Shown piece by piece: positions 31,722 through 41,128 of a stretch of 64,000 nt of DNA. Source of the stretch: Candidatus Latescibacterota bacterium. GTDB lineage: Bacteria > Latescibacterota > UBA2968 > GCA-2709665. Made by a program: the position numbers and the translations under genes. Position 1 is the first letter of the stretch; each line of letters begins with the position of its first letter. A model generated the notes under the pieces. That model did no database searches, had not been told where the DNA came from, and saw only the letters and a program-made list of their open reading frames with translations. The stretch lies in contig CBDDDZ010000002.1 of NCBI GenBank assembly GCA_965226795.1, forward strand, positions 128,001 to 192,000, in the 5' to 3' direction.

Positions 31722-32081
31722 ATGACGCGAGAAATTACAGTTCGAGTATTTGACATCATTGGTGGTCCCCTGTGCGTATCTACCAGCGACGGCCAACGTC
31801 TGTACGACAAGATTGCTCCACTCTTGAGGGCGGGGTCGCCGGTGGTTCTATCCTTCGAACGGATAGAGATTCTCATCTCGGCTTTTCTCAACGCGGCAGT
31901 GGGTCAGCTTTACGGCGAGTTACCCGAGGAAAGCATCCGTGTGTTGCTCTCGTTTCGCGATTTGGCGGATGACGACCGGGAGATGCTGGAACGTGTAATT
32001 GAAAACGCAAAAATGTACTTTAAAACCCCCGATGATTTCGATCGCGTGTGGCGTGAGGAACTAGGCGATGAAGAAGAATAA
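31722..32081 (+). CDS. STAS-like DUF4325 protein
   Basis: DGQRLY..VVLSFERIEILISAFLNAAVGQLY; AGAGGA RBS before ATG 31722. Confidence 0.8.
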   Translation: MTREITVRVFDIIGGPLCVSTSDGQRLYDKIAPLLRAGSPVVLSFERIEILISAFLNAAVGQLYGELPEESIRVLLSFRDLADDDREMLERVIENAKMYFKTPDDFDRVWREELGDEEE

Positions 32082-32622
32082 GGCGTACGACTTGGCTGCA
32101 TATCCGTTCAGCAGAGGCGAGACTTTTTTGCTTGATGCCAACGTCTGGCTCTATTTGTATCCACCGCCATCCGGGAACGGGAGCAAAATCACCGCGCAAT
32201 ATAGTAACGGCTTAAAGTCCATTCGATCTGTAGGTTCGCCGTTGATTATGGACGCTATGGTGTTGAGTGAATACTTGAATACCTATTGTCGCATTGAATG
32301 GAAGGCTCTACACCTGACCCGGTATCCCAATTTCAAATCATTTCGCAAATCGGCGGCCTTCAGTGGGGTCGGCAAAGGTGCGGCATCCTTTGCAACGTCC
32401 ATGCTCAAGCTCTGTGTGCGCCACGATCATCCGTTTGCCACGGCCAATATCAAGCAAGTGCTGGCAGATTTTACAGCGGGAGTGACTGATTTCAATGACG
32501 GATTGCTGGCTGAAACCTGTCGTCACAATGGCTGGAAACTGATTACGAACGACGTCGACTTCAGGACGGGAGGGATAGAAGTGTTAACCGCAAACTCAAG
32601 ACTCCTGGCAGCATGCCAATGA
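32068..32622 (+). CDS. PIN-domain nuclease
   Basis: LLDANVWL, LSEY.N, DFNDGLL, ITNDVDF acidic quartet. Confidence 0.85.
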   Translation: MKKNKAYDLAAYPFSRGETFLLDANVWLYLYPPPSGNGSKITAQYSNGLKSIRSVGSPLIMDAMVLSEYLNTYCRIEWKALHLTRYPNFKSFRKSAAFSGVGKGAASFATSMLKLCVRHDHPFATANIKQVLADFTAGVTDFNDGLLAETCRHNGWKLITNDVDFRTGGIEVLTANSRLLAACQ

Positions 32623-32881
32623 AGGCTTTCACAATACGTGCATCGACCTCACCCTATATCTTAATGCCATCGCCGAGGCAAATCCCCGGCCGAGCGCGTT
32701 CGTCTCCAAACGTCTGACGAACTGAGTCAGGCGTCTTGCGATCTACGCGACGCAGTCGAAGAGAATTCTTGTCTGAGTTCATCTGACATATCCTGAGGAG
32801 AGGTCGAAGTAAGATCTGAATTGCCCGTGAGGATAGCCTGCCTGACACAGGCCGGCTATCCTCGCAGGCGGAGAACAACTG

Positions 32882-33330
32882 ATGGCGACGAACCAGTACC
32901 GCCCCGACTATGCGGTTCCCCCTGGTTGGGTCCTGGCGGAAAGACTTTCGGCCCAGGATATTTCGCGCGCGGAGTTTGCGCGACGATGTGATCGATCGGC
33001 GAAACTCATCAGCGAGATTATCTCGGGGAAAGCCGCCATAGAGCCGCAGACAGCGCTTCAGTTCGAAAGGGTGCTGGGGGTCGATGCGGATATCTGGTTG
33101 GATATTGAGAAGGACTATCAGTTGCACCAGATCCGACAAGCCGGGGCCAGGGAAGCGTAGCCGGTAGCGGCGCCGAAGGCGCATTCGCGAGTTCGGACAT
33201 TTGCCGCTTTGCCGATGAGCAGGGCATAGCTCCAGGTATTGTTGTCGGAAGACTCCAGCACGAGGAGCGTCTGCCGTGGAGAAGCCGACTCAATAGATTA
33301 AAGGTACCGCTGGAATGGTCGGAGGGTTGA
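32882..33330 (+). pseudogene. higA: HigA-type HTH antitoxin / ImmA-IrrE fusion, internally deleted
   Basis: HTH part 32882-33160 (PDYAVPPG..ISEIISGKAAI); detached C-tail FADEQGIAPGIVVGRLQHE..NRLK in another frame ending 33330; metallopeptidase middle missing. Confidence 0.7.
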
Positions 33331-33354
33331 TGTGGAACCAGAAAACCCCCCACG

Positions 33355-34914
33355 ATGGGCGCCGGATCGGAGAACAAAGACATGGATCAGCTAGCCGCCA
33401 AAGACGTGCTTGAACTCGAAGTGTCCGATTTCGGGCCGATCGTTAATGCCAAGATCGATCTGCGCCCGCTGACGGTATTCGTCGGACCGAGCAATACAGG
33501 AAAATCTTATCTGGCGATTCTGATCTATGCGCTGCATGTGTATTTTACGGGTAGATCGACCACTTCGCGGTTCTTCTTGAACTATGAGAGGCTTCTTAAT
33601 CTCGGTCCAAGCTTTGTAGACAGGGAAACTCTCAACGCGCTCAACGAATTTCTGAAGCAAGTGACGAACGGGATAGGAGATATCCGGAGCGAAAAAGAAG
33701 CTGTTCTTCCCATCCCTATTGTCAAGGCAATTTGCTCAATGTTTGAGTTACAGAACGATCAACTCCACAGTGAAATCGAAAGGTGCTTTGGGATCGACAG
33801 TGCCAGCGCACTTATCCGGAAAGGGAACAGGCGATGTGCGCGGATTGTATTACGGAAATCTACTTCAAGGGATTCGGCATCGTTTGAACACGAACTGATT
33901 CTGAAGTCTAATGCACCAGAATTCGTGACGGCGATGCCTAATGTGGAACAACTGAGGGTTAAACTCGACGATAGGAAAGAGTTCGTTGAGTACTACGACC
34001 GCCTGAAGAATACGTTCTTGAGAGCTGATCAAATGGGCCAGGATTCGTATCGACAAGCCTTGGGGCCAATCAATCATTTGCTTGGACTCGCTCTTCCGCA
34101 CCTTGTAGGTTCCCTTTATCGCGCGGCATTCTATCTCCCCGCCGATCGAACCGGCGTGATGAATAGCCATCAGGTGGTAGTGAGTGCGTTGATCCAGAAC
34201 GCTACAACTGCCGGTCTGCGTCCCGATGAAGAAACTCCAATGCTGTCGGGTGTTTTGGGTGATTTTCTGCAAAACTTGCTCGTATTGCCCAGCGCGGCAA
34301 TTCGTCAAAGCACGTCCAGGAAACATCTGGGTGCGCGAATTGAAGATCTGATTCTCGGCGGATCGATTCAGGTCGAAAGATCGGAGTTGATTAGCTACCC
34401 GCACTTCACCTACCAGCCATCGGGATGGAAACATCCGATGCCGTTGATGAATGCCTCTTCCATGGTATCGGAAATCGCACCGGTAGTGATGTTTCTTCGC
34501 CATCTGGTCAGCCCCGGCTGCACGCTCATTATCGAAGAACCCGAGTCACACCTGCACCCTGCCATGCAGGTCGAATTTACCCGTCAGATCGCCGCGCTTG
34601 TTAAGGCGGGAGTCAGGGTAATCGTCACGACGCACAGCGAGTGGGTACTTGAGGAACTCGCCAACATCGTGCGACGCTCCGAACTTCCCGAGTGCCGTCG
34701 AAAGGACATACCCAACGGCGAATTTGCCCTTCGTCCCCAGCAGGTGGGGGCATGGCTGTTCAAGCAGAAGCGTCGACCGAAGGGGTCGATCGTCGAAGAA
34801 ATTCGATTCGATCCGGATGCCGGTGGGCTCGAGAGTGATTTCAGCGAAGTTGCCGAGCAACTTTACAATGAGTGGGCGACGATCGGTAACCGTATTGCAG
34901 GAAGCACCGAGTAA
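33355..34914 (+). CDS. AAA_15/AAA_21-type ABC ATPase
   Basis: GPSNTGKS Walker A, ASSMVSE signature, IIEEPESHLHP, TTHS. Confidence 0.9.
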   Translation: MGAGSENKDMDQLAAKDVLELEVSDFGPIVNAKIDLRPLTVFVGPSNTGKSYLAILIYALHVYFTGRSTTSRFFLNYERLLNLGPSFVDRETLNALNEFLKQVTNGIGDIRSEKEAVLPIPIVKAICSMFELQNDQLHSEIERCFGIDSASALIRKGNRRCARIVLRKSTSRDSASFEHELILKSNAPEFVTAMPNVEQLRVKLDDRKEFVEYYDRLKNTFLRADQMGQDSYRQALGPINHLLGLALPHLVGSLYRAAFYLPADRTGVMNSHQVVVSALIQNATTAGLRPDEETPMLSGVLGDFLQNLLVLPSAAIRQSTSRKHLGARIEDLILGGSIQVERSELISYPHFTYQPSGWKHPMPLMNASSMVSEIAPVVMFLRHLVSPGCTLIIEEPESHLHPAMQVEFTRQIAALVKAGVRVIVTTHSEWVLEELANIVRRSELPECRRKDIPNGEFALRPQQVGAWLFKQKRRPKGSIVEEIRFDPDAGGLESDFSEVAEQLYNEWATIGNRIAGSTE

Positions 34915-35381
34915 TGTGTGGCTTAGTCGAACAGCTGAAAAATGGACTTCCTGAAGGGACCATCGTTAAGAGATGCTCGAAAGAGGGTTGCAAGGTTCCG
35001 TTGAAAAACGCCCCGTCGCCGCATCTGGTTATGGATTTGGATCACCCTTATTTCGACCTGAAGGATAAGACACATTGCGATTTTCTGTTCATCAGTTGCG
35101 ACTGCAATGGTGGTGCCAACTGGGTTGTGCCGCTGGAACTAAAACGCGGCAGTCCGGATGCAACAGAAATGGTATCGCAGCTTCAGGCAGGATCAGGCGT
35201 CGCCCAAGCTAGGATTCCTGAAAAACACAGGGCGCAATTCCTTCCGGTGGATGCCTTCGGAGGTCGTTTGCATATAATACAAAGAGACAAGCTCAGAAAG
35301 GCTCGAATCTCGTTTCGGAGGAAAGAATACGAAATTAGACTCATCCGATGCGGGACTCCCCTGAAAACCGCTCTTCCGTGA
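34914..35381 (+). CDS. Small putative PD-(D/E)XK nuclease coupled to the ATPase
   Basis: [16 protein letters not shown] motif; TAATG overlap with ATPase stop. Confidence 0.6.
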   Translation: MCGLVEQLKNGLPEGTIVKRCSKEGCKVPLKNAPSPHLVMDLDHPYFDLKDKTHCDFLFISCDCNGGANWVVPLELKRGSPDATEMVSQLQAGSGVAQARIPEKHRAQFLPVDAFGGRLHIIQRDKLRKARISFRRKEYEIRLIRCGTPLKTALP

Positions 35382-35394
35382 GTACAAAATCCTT

Positions 35395-38300
35395 ATGACT
35401 CCTCCACGCAAAAAACTCATCGAAGTCGCCCTTCCGCTTGACGCTATAAATGCTGCATCCGCCCGGGAAAAGTCCATCCGTCACGGCCACCCCTGCACCC
35501 TCCACCTCTGGTGGGCGCGGCGGCCATTGGCGGCAGCGCGGGCGGTGATCTTCGCGCAGATGGTGGATGATCCATCGGGGCACCCGGATCTGTTTCCGAC
35601 CGAGGCTGATCAGGAGAAAGAACGCCAACGCCTGTTTCGCCTTATCGAGGAATTGGTGAAGTGGGAGAACACCACCAACGAGGCCGTTCTGGAACGGGCT
35701 CGGTCTGAGATACGGAAAAGCTGGCGTCGAACCTGCGCCGATAATGCTGACCATCCACGTGCCAGCGAGTTGTTCGACCCGGATAAACTACCGGCATTCC
35801 ACGACCCTTTCGCCGGTGGCGGCTCGTTGCCGCTGGAGGCCCAGCGCCTGGGTCTCGAAGCCTATGCCAGTGACCTCAACCCGGTGGCGGTGCTCATCAA
35901 CAAGGCGATGATCGAGATCCCGCCGAAGTTCGCAGGAAGGCCACCGGTTAATCCTGAAGCGCGGGCGAAGTATTTGGACGCGCGTACATCGCGCACGAAT
36001 GAGCCCTTGCTGGGTGTGCGGGCGTCCCGCCCGCACAATGCTTGGCACAGCCGCGGATATCTTCCGCATCTGGATCAACCTGACATCATTCAGTCCATCA
36101 CGTTTCGCCTTGCTGATTCAGTCCCGGCCGATGTCATTGCCGCATGGAAGAGCGAATTGGCGCTCAAAGGCAGGGAGGCCGCGAGCGATCCCAGATGCGC
36201 GGAGTTGCGTGAGAGAATTGAACGATACGCTGGACAGGGACATGGAGCCTGCTGGCTAAGAGATGAGCGGATAGCGGGTCAAGTCGAAGACGCCCTACTT
36301 CACTTTGACGGCGTACGCTACCGCTTGCTGTCGTGGGTCATCATGCCCAATCACGTGCATGCGCTGATCGAAACGACTCCCGGCTTTCCACTTGAGGCCG
36401 TCGTTCATTCGTGGAAATCGTTTACAGCCAAGCAAGTTAACAAAATACTTGGCCGGAGCGGCCAGGTCTGGGAAGAGGACTACTTCGACCGTTATATCCG
36501 CGATGAAAATCATCTATCAACTGTGGTAGACTACATCGAGCAGAACCCTGTAAAAGCGGGTTTGGTTGACACGGCCAGCGATTGGCGTTGGAGCAGCGCA
36601 TCAAGAAATGGCAGCAATACAAAACTTGGAGGAACTGCAAGGGAAAATGCGGACGGGACGTCCGCGTTCCCAGGATTGTGGACCGGAGCAAAAGGCCTCG
36701 CGGAGGACGTACGCTATTACGGCCGGTGGATGCGCGACGAAGCCGAGAAACGAATCGGACATCTCTATCCTAAGATCGAGGTTACCCCGGAGATGGTACG
36801 GGAACGCCCCGACCTAAAGAAGTACGAGGACCGCAAATTGACGGTGATAGCGTGGCTATGGGCGCGGACGGTGAAAAGCCCGAACCCGGCTTTCGCCGAC
36901 ATCGAAGTGCCGCTGGCGTCGACTTTTGTGTTGTCCACGAGAAGGGGGAAGGAAGCCTATGTCGAGCCGGTGATTGAAGGCCGTGGGTATCGGTTTGCTG
37001 TGAAGGCGGGAACTCCGTCGGATCCCCAGACAGCGAAGGCCGGGACCAAACTATCGCGAGGAGCGAACTTCCGCTGCTTGATGTCCGGAGCCCCAATGTC
37101 GGGGGATTACATCAAGGCCGAGGGAAAGGCCGGGCGAATGGGATCGCGGCTGATGGCGATCGTGGCCGAGGGCGACCGCGGGCGCGTGTACCTTTCGCCC
37201 ACCCAGGAGCACGAAGCGGTTGCAGACGAGGCGAATCCGGAGTGGCGGCCGGAAGTGACCATATCTGGAAGCACGCAGTATCTCGGTATCAAGCCCTATG
37301 GTATGACCCATTTCGACCAACTATTCACCCCCCGCCAACTAGCCGCCCTGACCACCTTCTCCGACTTGGTTACGGAAGCGATGGGGCGAGTCGAGCGGGA
37401 TGCTGCTACCGTCGATCTATCTAAGGACGAGCGACCCCTGCGGGATGGGGGCACTGAGGCCAAGGCGTATGCGGAGGCGGTGGGGGTGTACGTGGCGTTT
37501 GCTATTGATAAGGGAGCGAACTACTGGTCATCCCTATGCGCTTGGCATCAAACACGTGATGGGATCGTCTCCACTTTTGGACGCCAAGCATTGCCGATGG
37601 TTTGGGACTATACCGAGGCGAATCCCCTCAGTAGCTCGTCTGGTAATGTCCTGCTTGGTGTAGAGCAAGCTGCGAAGATGATCGCCTTACTTGGGGCGGG
37701 GGCTTGCGGTTTGGTGTCTCAAGAGGATGCAGCCACTCAATCAACTAGTGTGGACAAAGTCGTTTCCACTGATCCTCCCTACTACGACAACATCCCCTAC
37801 GCTGACCTGTCTGACTTTTTCTACGTCTGGCTACGGCGCTCGCTCAATCCGGTTTTCCCCAGCCTATTCGCTACACTCGCTGTCCCCAAATCCGAAGAAC
37901 TGGTCGCTTTCGCGTACCGCCAGGATGGTAAGGCAGGTGCCGAGGCCTTTTTCCTCAACGGAATGACCGAGGCGATGCGCCGCCTCGCCGAGCAAGGCCA
38001 CCATAGCTTTCCCGTAACCATATATTACGCCTTCAAGCAGTCCGAGACCAAAGGCGACGCTGGTACTTCCAGCACCGGTTGGGAGACCTTTTTGGATGCC
38101 GTCATCCGCGCTGGCTTTGCACTCACCGGCACTTGGCCGATTCGCACCGAATACACCGGGAACCTAAAGAGAAACCACGCGGCCCTTGCCTCCAGCATCG
38201 TCCTTGTCTGTCGCAAGCGTCTTGCGCGCGCGCCTCTGGCCACACGCCGCGAATTCGTCGCTGCGTTGAGAGAAGAGCTTCCTTCCGCTCTGGCTCACCT

Positions 38301-38976
38301 GCAAAGCGGCAATATCGCCCCGGTGGATCTCGCACAGGCCGCTATCGGTCCCGGCATGGCCGTGTTCACACGATACGCCAAAGTTCTCGACACCCAGGGC
38401 AATCCCGTATCGGTGGGCGAGGCATTGGCGCTGATCAATCAGATACTGGACGAGGTGCTGGCCGAACAGGAGGGAGAATTTGACGCCGACACGCGGTGGG
38501 CGCTGGCGTGGTTCGAGCAGCACGGCTTTGGCGAGGGCGAGTACGGCGTGGCGGAAACCCTGGCGAAGGCAAAGAACACCAGCATCGCCGGCATCGTCGA
38601 GGGCGGTATTCTCGCCTCCCGGGGTGGCAGGGTGCGCCTTTTGCGTCCGAACGAGTTGTCCGGCGATTGGGATCCGACGTCCGACACTCGGCTGACCGTG
38701 TGGGAGGCGGTCCACTACCTGGTCCACGCTCTTGAATCTGGCGGCGAATCAGCCGCAGCTACGCTGGTTCATCAACTAGGGGGCCTCGCCGAGACCGCAC
38801 GCGAACTGGCCTATCGACTATACGTGGTCTGCGAACGCAAAAACCGCGCCGAGGAGGCCCGCTCATACAACGGCCTCGTGCAAAGCTGGCCTGAAATCGC
38901 GCGCCTGTCGCGGGAACGAGCTCCGGCGGAGCAGGGCGACATATTTGGGGACAGAAATTCGGGAAGTGTCGCATGA
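35395..38976 (+). CDS. DUF1156 adenine DNA methyltransferase with in-frame RAYT transposase insertion (copy 1)
   Basis: [18 protein letters not shown] (motif I), TDPPYYDN (motif IV); RAYT domain between REPs at 36010-36673. Confidence 0.92.
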   Translation: MTPPRKKLIEVALPLDAINAASAREKSIRHGHPCTLHLWWARRPLAAARAVIFAQMVDDPSGHPDLFPTEADQEKERQRLFRLIEELVKWENTTNEAVLERARSEIRKSWRRTCADNADHPRASELFDPDKLPAFHDPFAGGGSLPLEAQRLGLEAYASDLNPVAVLINKAMIEIPPKFAGRPPVNPEARAKYLDARTSRTNEPLLGVRASRPHNAWHSRGYLPHLDQPDIIQSITFRLADSVPADVIAAWKSELALKGREAASDPRCAELRERIERYAGQGHGACWLRDERIAGQVEDALLHFDGVRYRLLSWVIMPNHVHALIETTPGFPLEAVVHSWKSFTAKQVNKILGRSGQVWEEDYFDRYIRDENHLSTVVDYIEQNPVKAGLVDTASDWRWSSASRNGSNTKLGGTARENADGTSAFPGLWTGAKGLAEDVRYYGRWMRDEAEKRIGHLYPKIEVTPEMVRERPDLKKYEDRKLTVIAWLWARTVKSPNPAFADIEVPLASTFVLSTRRGKEAYVEPVIEGRGYRFAVKAGTPSDPQTAKAGTKLSRGANFRCLMSGAPMSGDYIKAEGKAGRMGSRLMAIVAEGDRGRVYLSPTQEHEAVADEANPEWRPEVTISGSTQYLGIKPYGMTHFDQLFTPRQLAALTTFSDLVTEAMGRVERDAATVDLSKDERPLRDGGTEAKAYAEAVGVYVAFAIDKGANYWSSLCAWHQTRDGIVSTFGRQALPMVWDYTEANPLSSSSGNVLLGVEQAAKMIALLGAGACGLVSQEDAATQSTSVDKVVSTDPPYYDNIPYADLSDFFYVWLRRSLNPVFPSLFATLAVPKSEELVAFAYRQDGKAGAEAFFLNGMTEAMRRLAEQGHHSFPVTIYYAFKQSETKGDAGTSSTGWETFLDAVIRAGFALTGTWPIRTEYTGNLKRNHAALASSIVLVCRKRLARAPLATRREFVAALREELPSALAHLQSGNIAPVDLAQAAIGPGMAVFTRYAKVLDTQGNPVSVGEALALINQILDEVLAEQEGEFDADTRWALAWFEQHGFGEGEYGVAETLAKAKNTSIAGIVEGGILASRGGRVRLLRPNELSGDWDPTSDTRLTVWEAVHYLVHALESGGESAAATLVHQLGGLAETARELAYRLYVVCERKNRAEEARSYNGLVQSWPEIARLSRERAPAEQGDIFGDRNSGSVA
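36010..36673 (+). mobile_element. REP-bounded RAYT cassette inside methyltransferase 1
   Basis: REP2 36010-36035(+) and 36648-36673(-) enclose [37 protein letters not shown]. Confidence 0.85.
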
Positions 38977-38983
38977 CGTAACC

Positions 38984-39124
38984 CTGGGAGCGCGGGCGTC
39001 CCGCCCGCATGTGGGACTTCAATTCTGTCCCGTAGCGCCACGATTGAGCGCCGTTTTGACGATGCCCCACGTCTTGTGGGCATGTCGTTTGGCAAACTTC
39101 TGGAAGCGCGGGCGCCTGCCCTCG
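38984..39124 (+). repeat. REP family 2 copies after methyltransferase 1
   Basis: CTGGGAGCGCGGGCGTCCCGCCCGCA at 38984-39009; degenerate hybrid copy at 39100-39124. Confidence 0.8.
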
Positions 39125-39279
39125 ATAGGGAGCGCGGGATTTACTCCCTATCGATAGCGTCAGCAGCGCCATTGCGTTGTGACAACCAACGGCGCAGATT
39201 CCGGCGCAATGCCCGCAGGCCCGCCGAACTTTCGCTGTCTCGCCGCAATAAATATTCGGCTATCCATTCCATTATCTAA

Positions 39280-41079
39280 CCTGATCAATTCATGAATTGT
39301 CACGGATTGCAGTTTCGGGAAGTAGAAACAGGTTCCGAGTGAATCGAGAAACGGAAGGAAAGACCTGGCTGTGACGGATTTGGAGTTTTCAAGCCGCTTC
39401 AGTGGCACGTGCTGGTAACACGGTAGCGCCGGTGCGTCAGGTTGTCCTTTATGCCCCGGTCAAAAGCACAGAGGTCTCCCTGTGTTTTGGTGATGGCGAT
39501 CAAAACGTGAAGGCGGATTCAACCGGACGATGCGTTATGGAACGGACGATGCCAGATTGTAGAGGATCTTGGCATAGAGGTGTTTGAGTGGAAACGCGGT
39601 TGGCAGATGGAACGTGATTTTGGTTTTCATCTCACAGACGCGTCCGGCCTGCCTGCCGAGCATCCGGCGCAGGCAGGCGACCTTCAAGAGGCGATTTTGC
39701 AGCGTATTATACTGGGCGTTCGTCCACTTGGTGCCGCGCAATCCCATTTCAGCCAAGGTCTGCAACAGGACATAGGCGGCGCTGTGGAGAAAGAGCCGGA
39801 AGTGATTGGCCTCGAAGGTGTGACAAGAGGTGCGATCGGAATGGAGAAAGGTCTTGTGATTCTTGATAAAGCCTTCCATCCTGCCTGCCTGGCCGGCAGA
39901 CAGGCCGCGTCTACAATAGACGGTTTTGTAGATGAATGAAGGGTTGGCGCGTTGCAGGTTGGTGGCCACGAAACGGATATTGTCTCCTTGCGGTGTCACT
40001 TCCGCCTTGCAGATGATGCGGCGTGGCGAAGCCCAGGTGCTGGCCTGATAGTTCCACGCGTTATATAGGCGTACGGTTTTGCCGGAAACGGCATACAGCG
40101 CTTTGGCCTGGTCCATCAAGGGCTGTGCCCTGGGCAGCAACTTGGCATTGCCGCTTTGTCCAAGGGAAAAATACACATTCTGTGTGTCACACAACGCGTG
40201 AACTTCCGGACACGAAAAATGTGAATCGCCACGCAACAGGATCGCCACATTGGGCCAGGCTCGACGCAAGTAGGCGATCACCCGTTTGAGAATCGAAACG
40301 ATCTCTTTCCCCGTGGGCCGCCTGCCTGCAGCAGGCAGGCACGCCAGGACGCAGAATCGTCGTGATCAACCTGCCGGTTTGCCCTTCATAGATATGCAAC
40401 GGTTGGTAGCAATGACTCTTAAATTACGCATTGAATAACGACAACTGCCCAGACCCATACACCTTATCTTCCGTATCGTCGATATCCAACAGGATGGCTT
40501 TGGGCGGTTTCTTATACGAGGCGATAAACACGTCGGCAAAGGCCTTCGCGATCCGATATAAGTCACCTCTGGTGATCCGGTTCTCGAACCGACTCATCGT
40601 GGGTTGACTGGCCAGATCCGCACCGGTCAGCGGCAACCGATCACAGGCCGCCTTGAAGCCGGGGTCCCCGCGTAACGCATTGCAGTCGTTCGCATCCTCA
40701 TACCCACACGCCATCTGAATGACACGCTGACTGACCAGGTCCGCCGTCGGGTGATCCACGTAACTGGGATGCCGACGATCTGTTATGGCCTCAATGATCC
40801 GACGCAAAATGCCGATTTTGGACGCCACCTCCCGCAGCAGCATTACCCCGCTGTCGCCTGTCTGCGTGCGTACACGCACAGGCAGGCTGGTCAGAATACC
40901 CCCATCGAAGGCGGCTTTCACCTGTTTTCCGGAAAGACTTGCGAAAGACATCCTGTGTTGTTTATCTTGAATCTCCACGGTAGTTTCCTCCCGATTCATT
41001 GTGTTAAGGTTATTCGTCTAACCATAATATAATACAATGACTTGGGTACGGAAACTACCTTTTTTGTGAATTATTCAGG
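39280..41079 (-). mobile_element. IS1380-family insertion sequence
   Basis: Imperfect terminal IRs CCTGATCAATTCA / CCTGAATAATTCA, CTAA target duplication at 39276-39279 and 41080-41083. Confidence 0.88.
39535..40999 (-). pseudogene. IS1380 transposase, inactivated
   Basis: FDGG.LTSD.G, GYEDAND, LASQPTMSRFEN, LDIDDT, LLRGDSHF motifs; in-frame TAA at 40424-40426 and a 19 bp palindrome insertion causing a frameshift at ~40320. Confidence 0.88.
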
Positions 41080-41128
41080 CTAATTGAACCCAAACGAAGA
41101 TTGAAAATTAAAAGGCGTTGACTCGAAG

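Noticed and set aside
36010..36673. Intein or self-splicing intron explanation for the methyltransferase insert
   Set aside because: No Cys/Ser-start and His-Asn-end junctions, no LAGLIDADG blocks and no group I/II structure recognised; the insert is a Y1 HUH domain bounded by REPs
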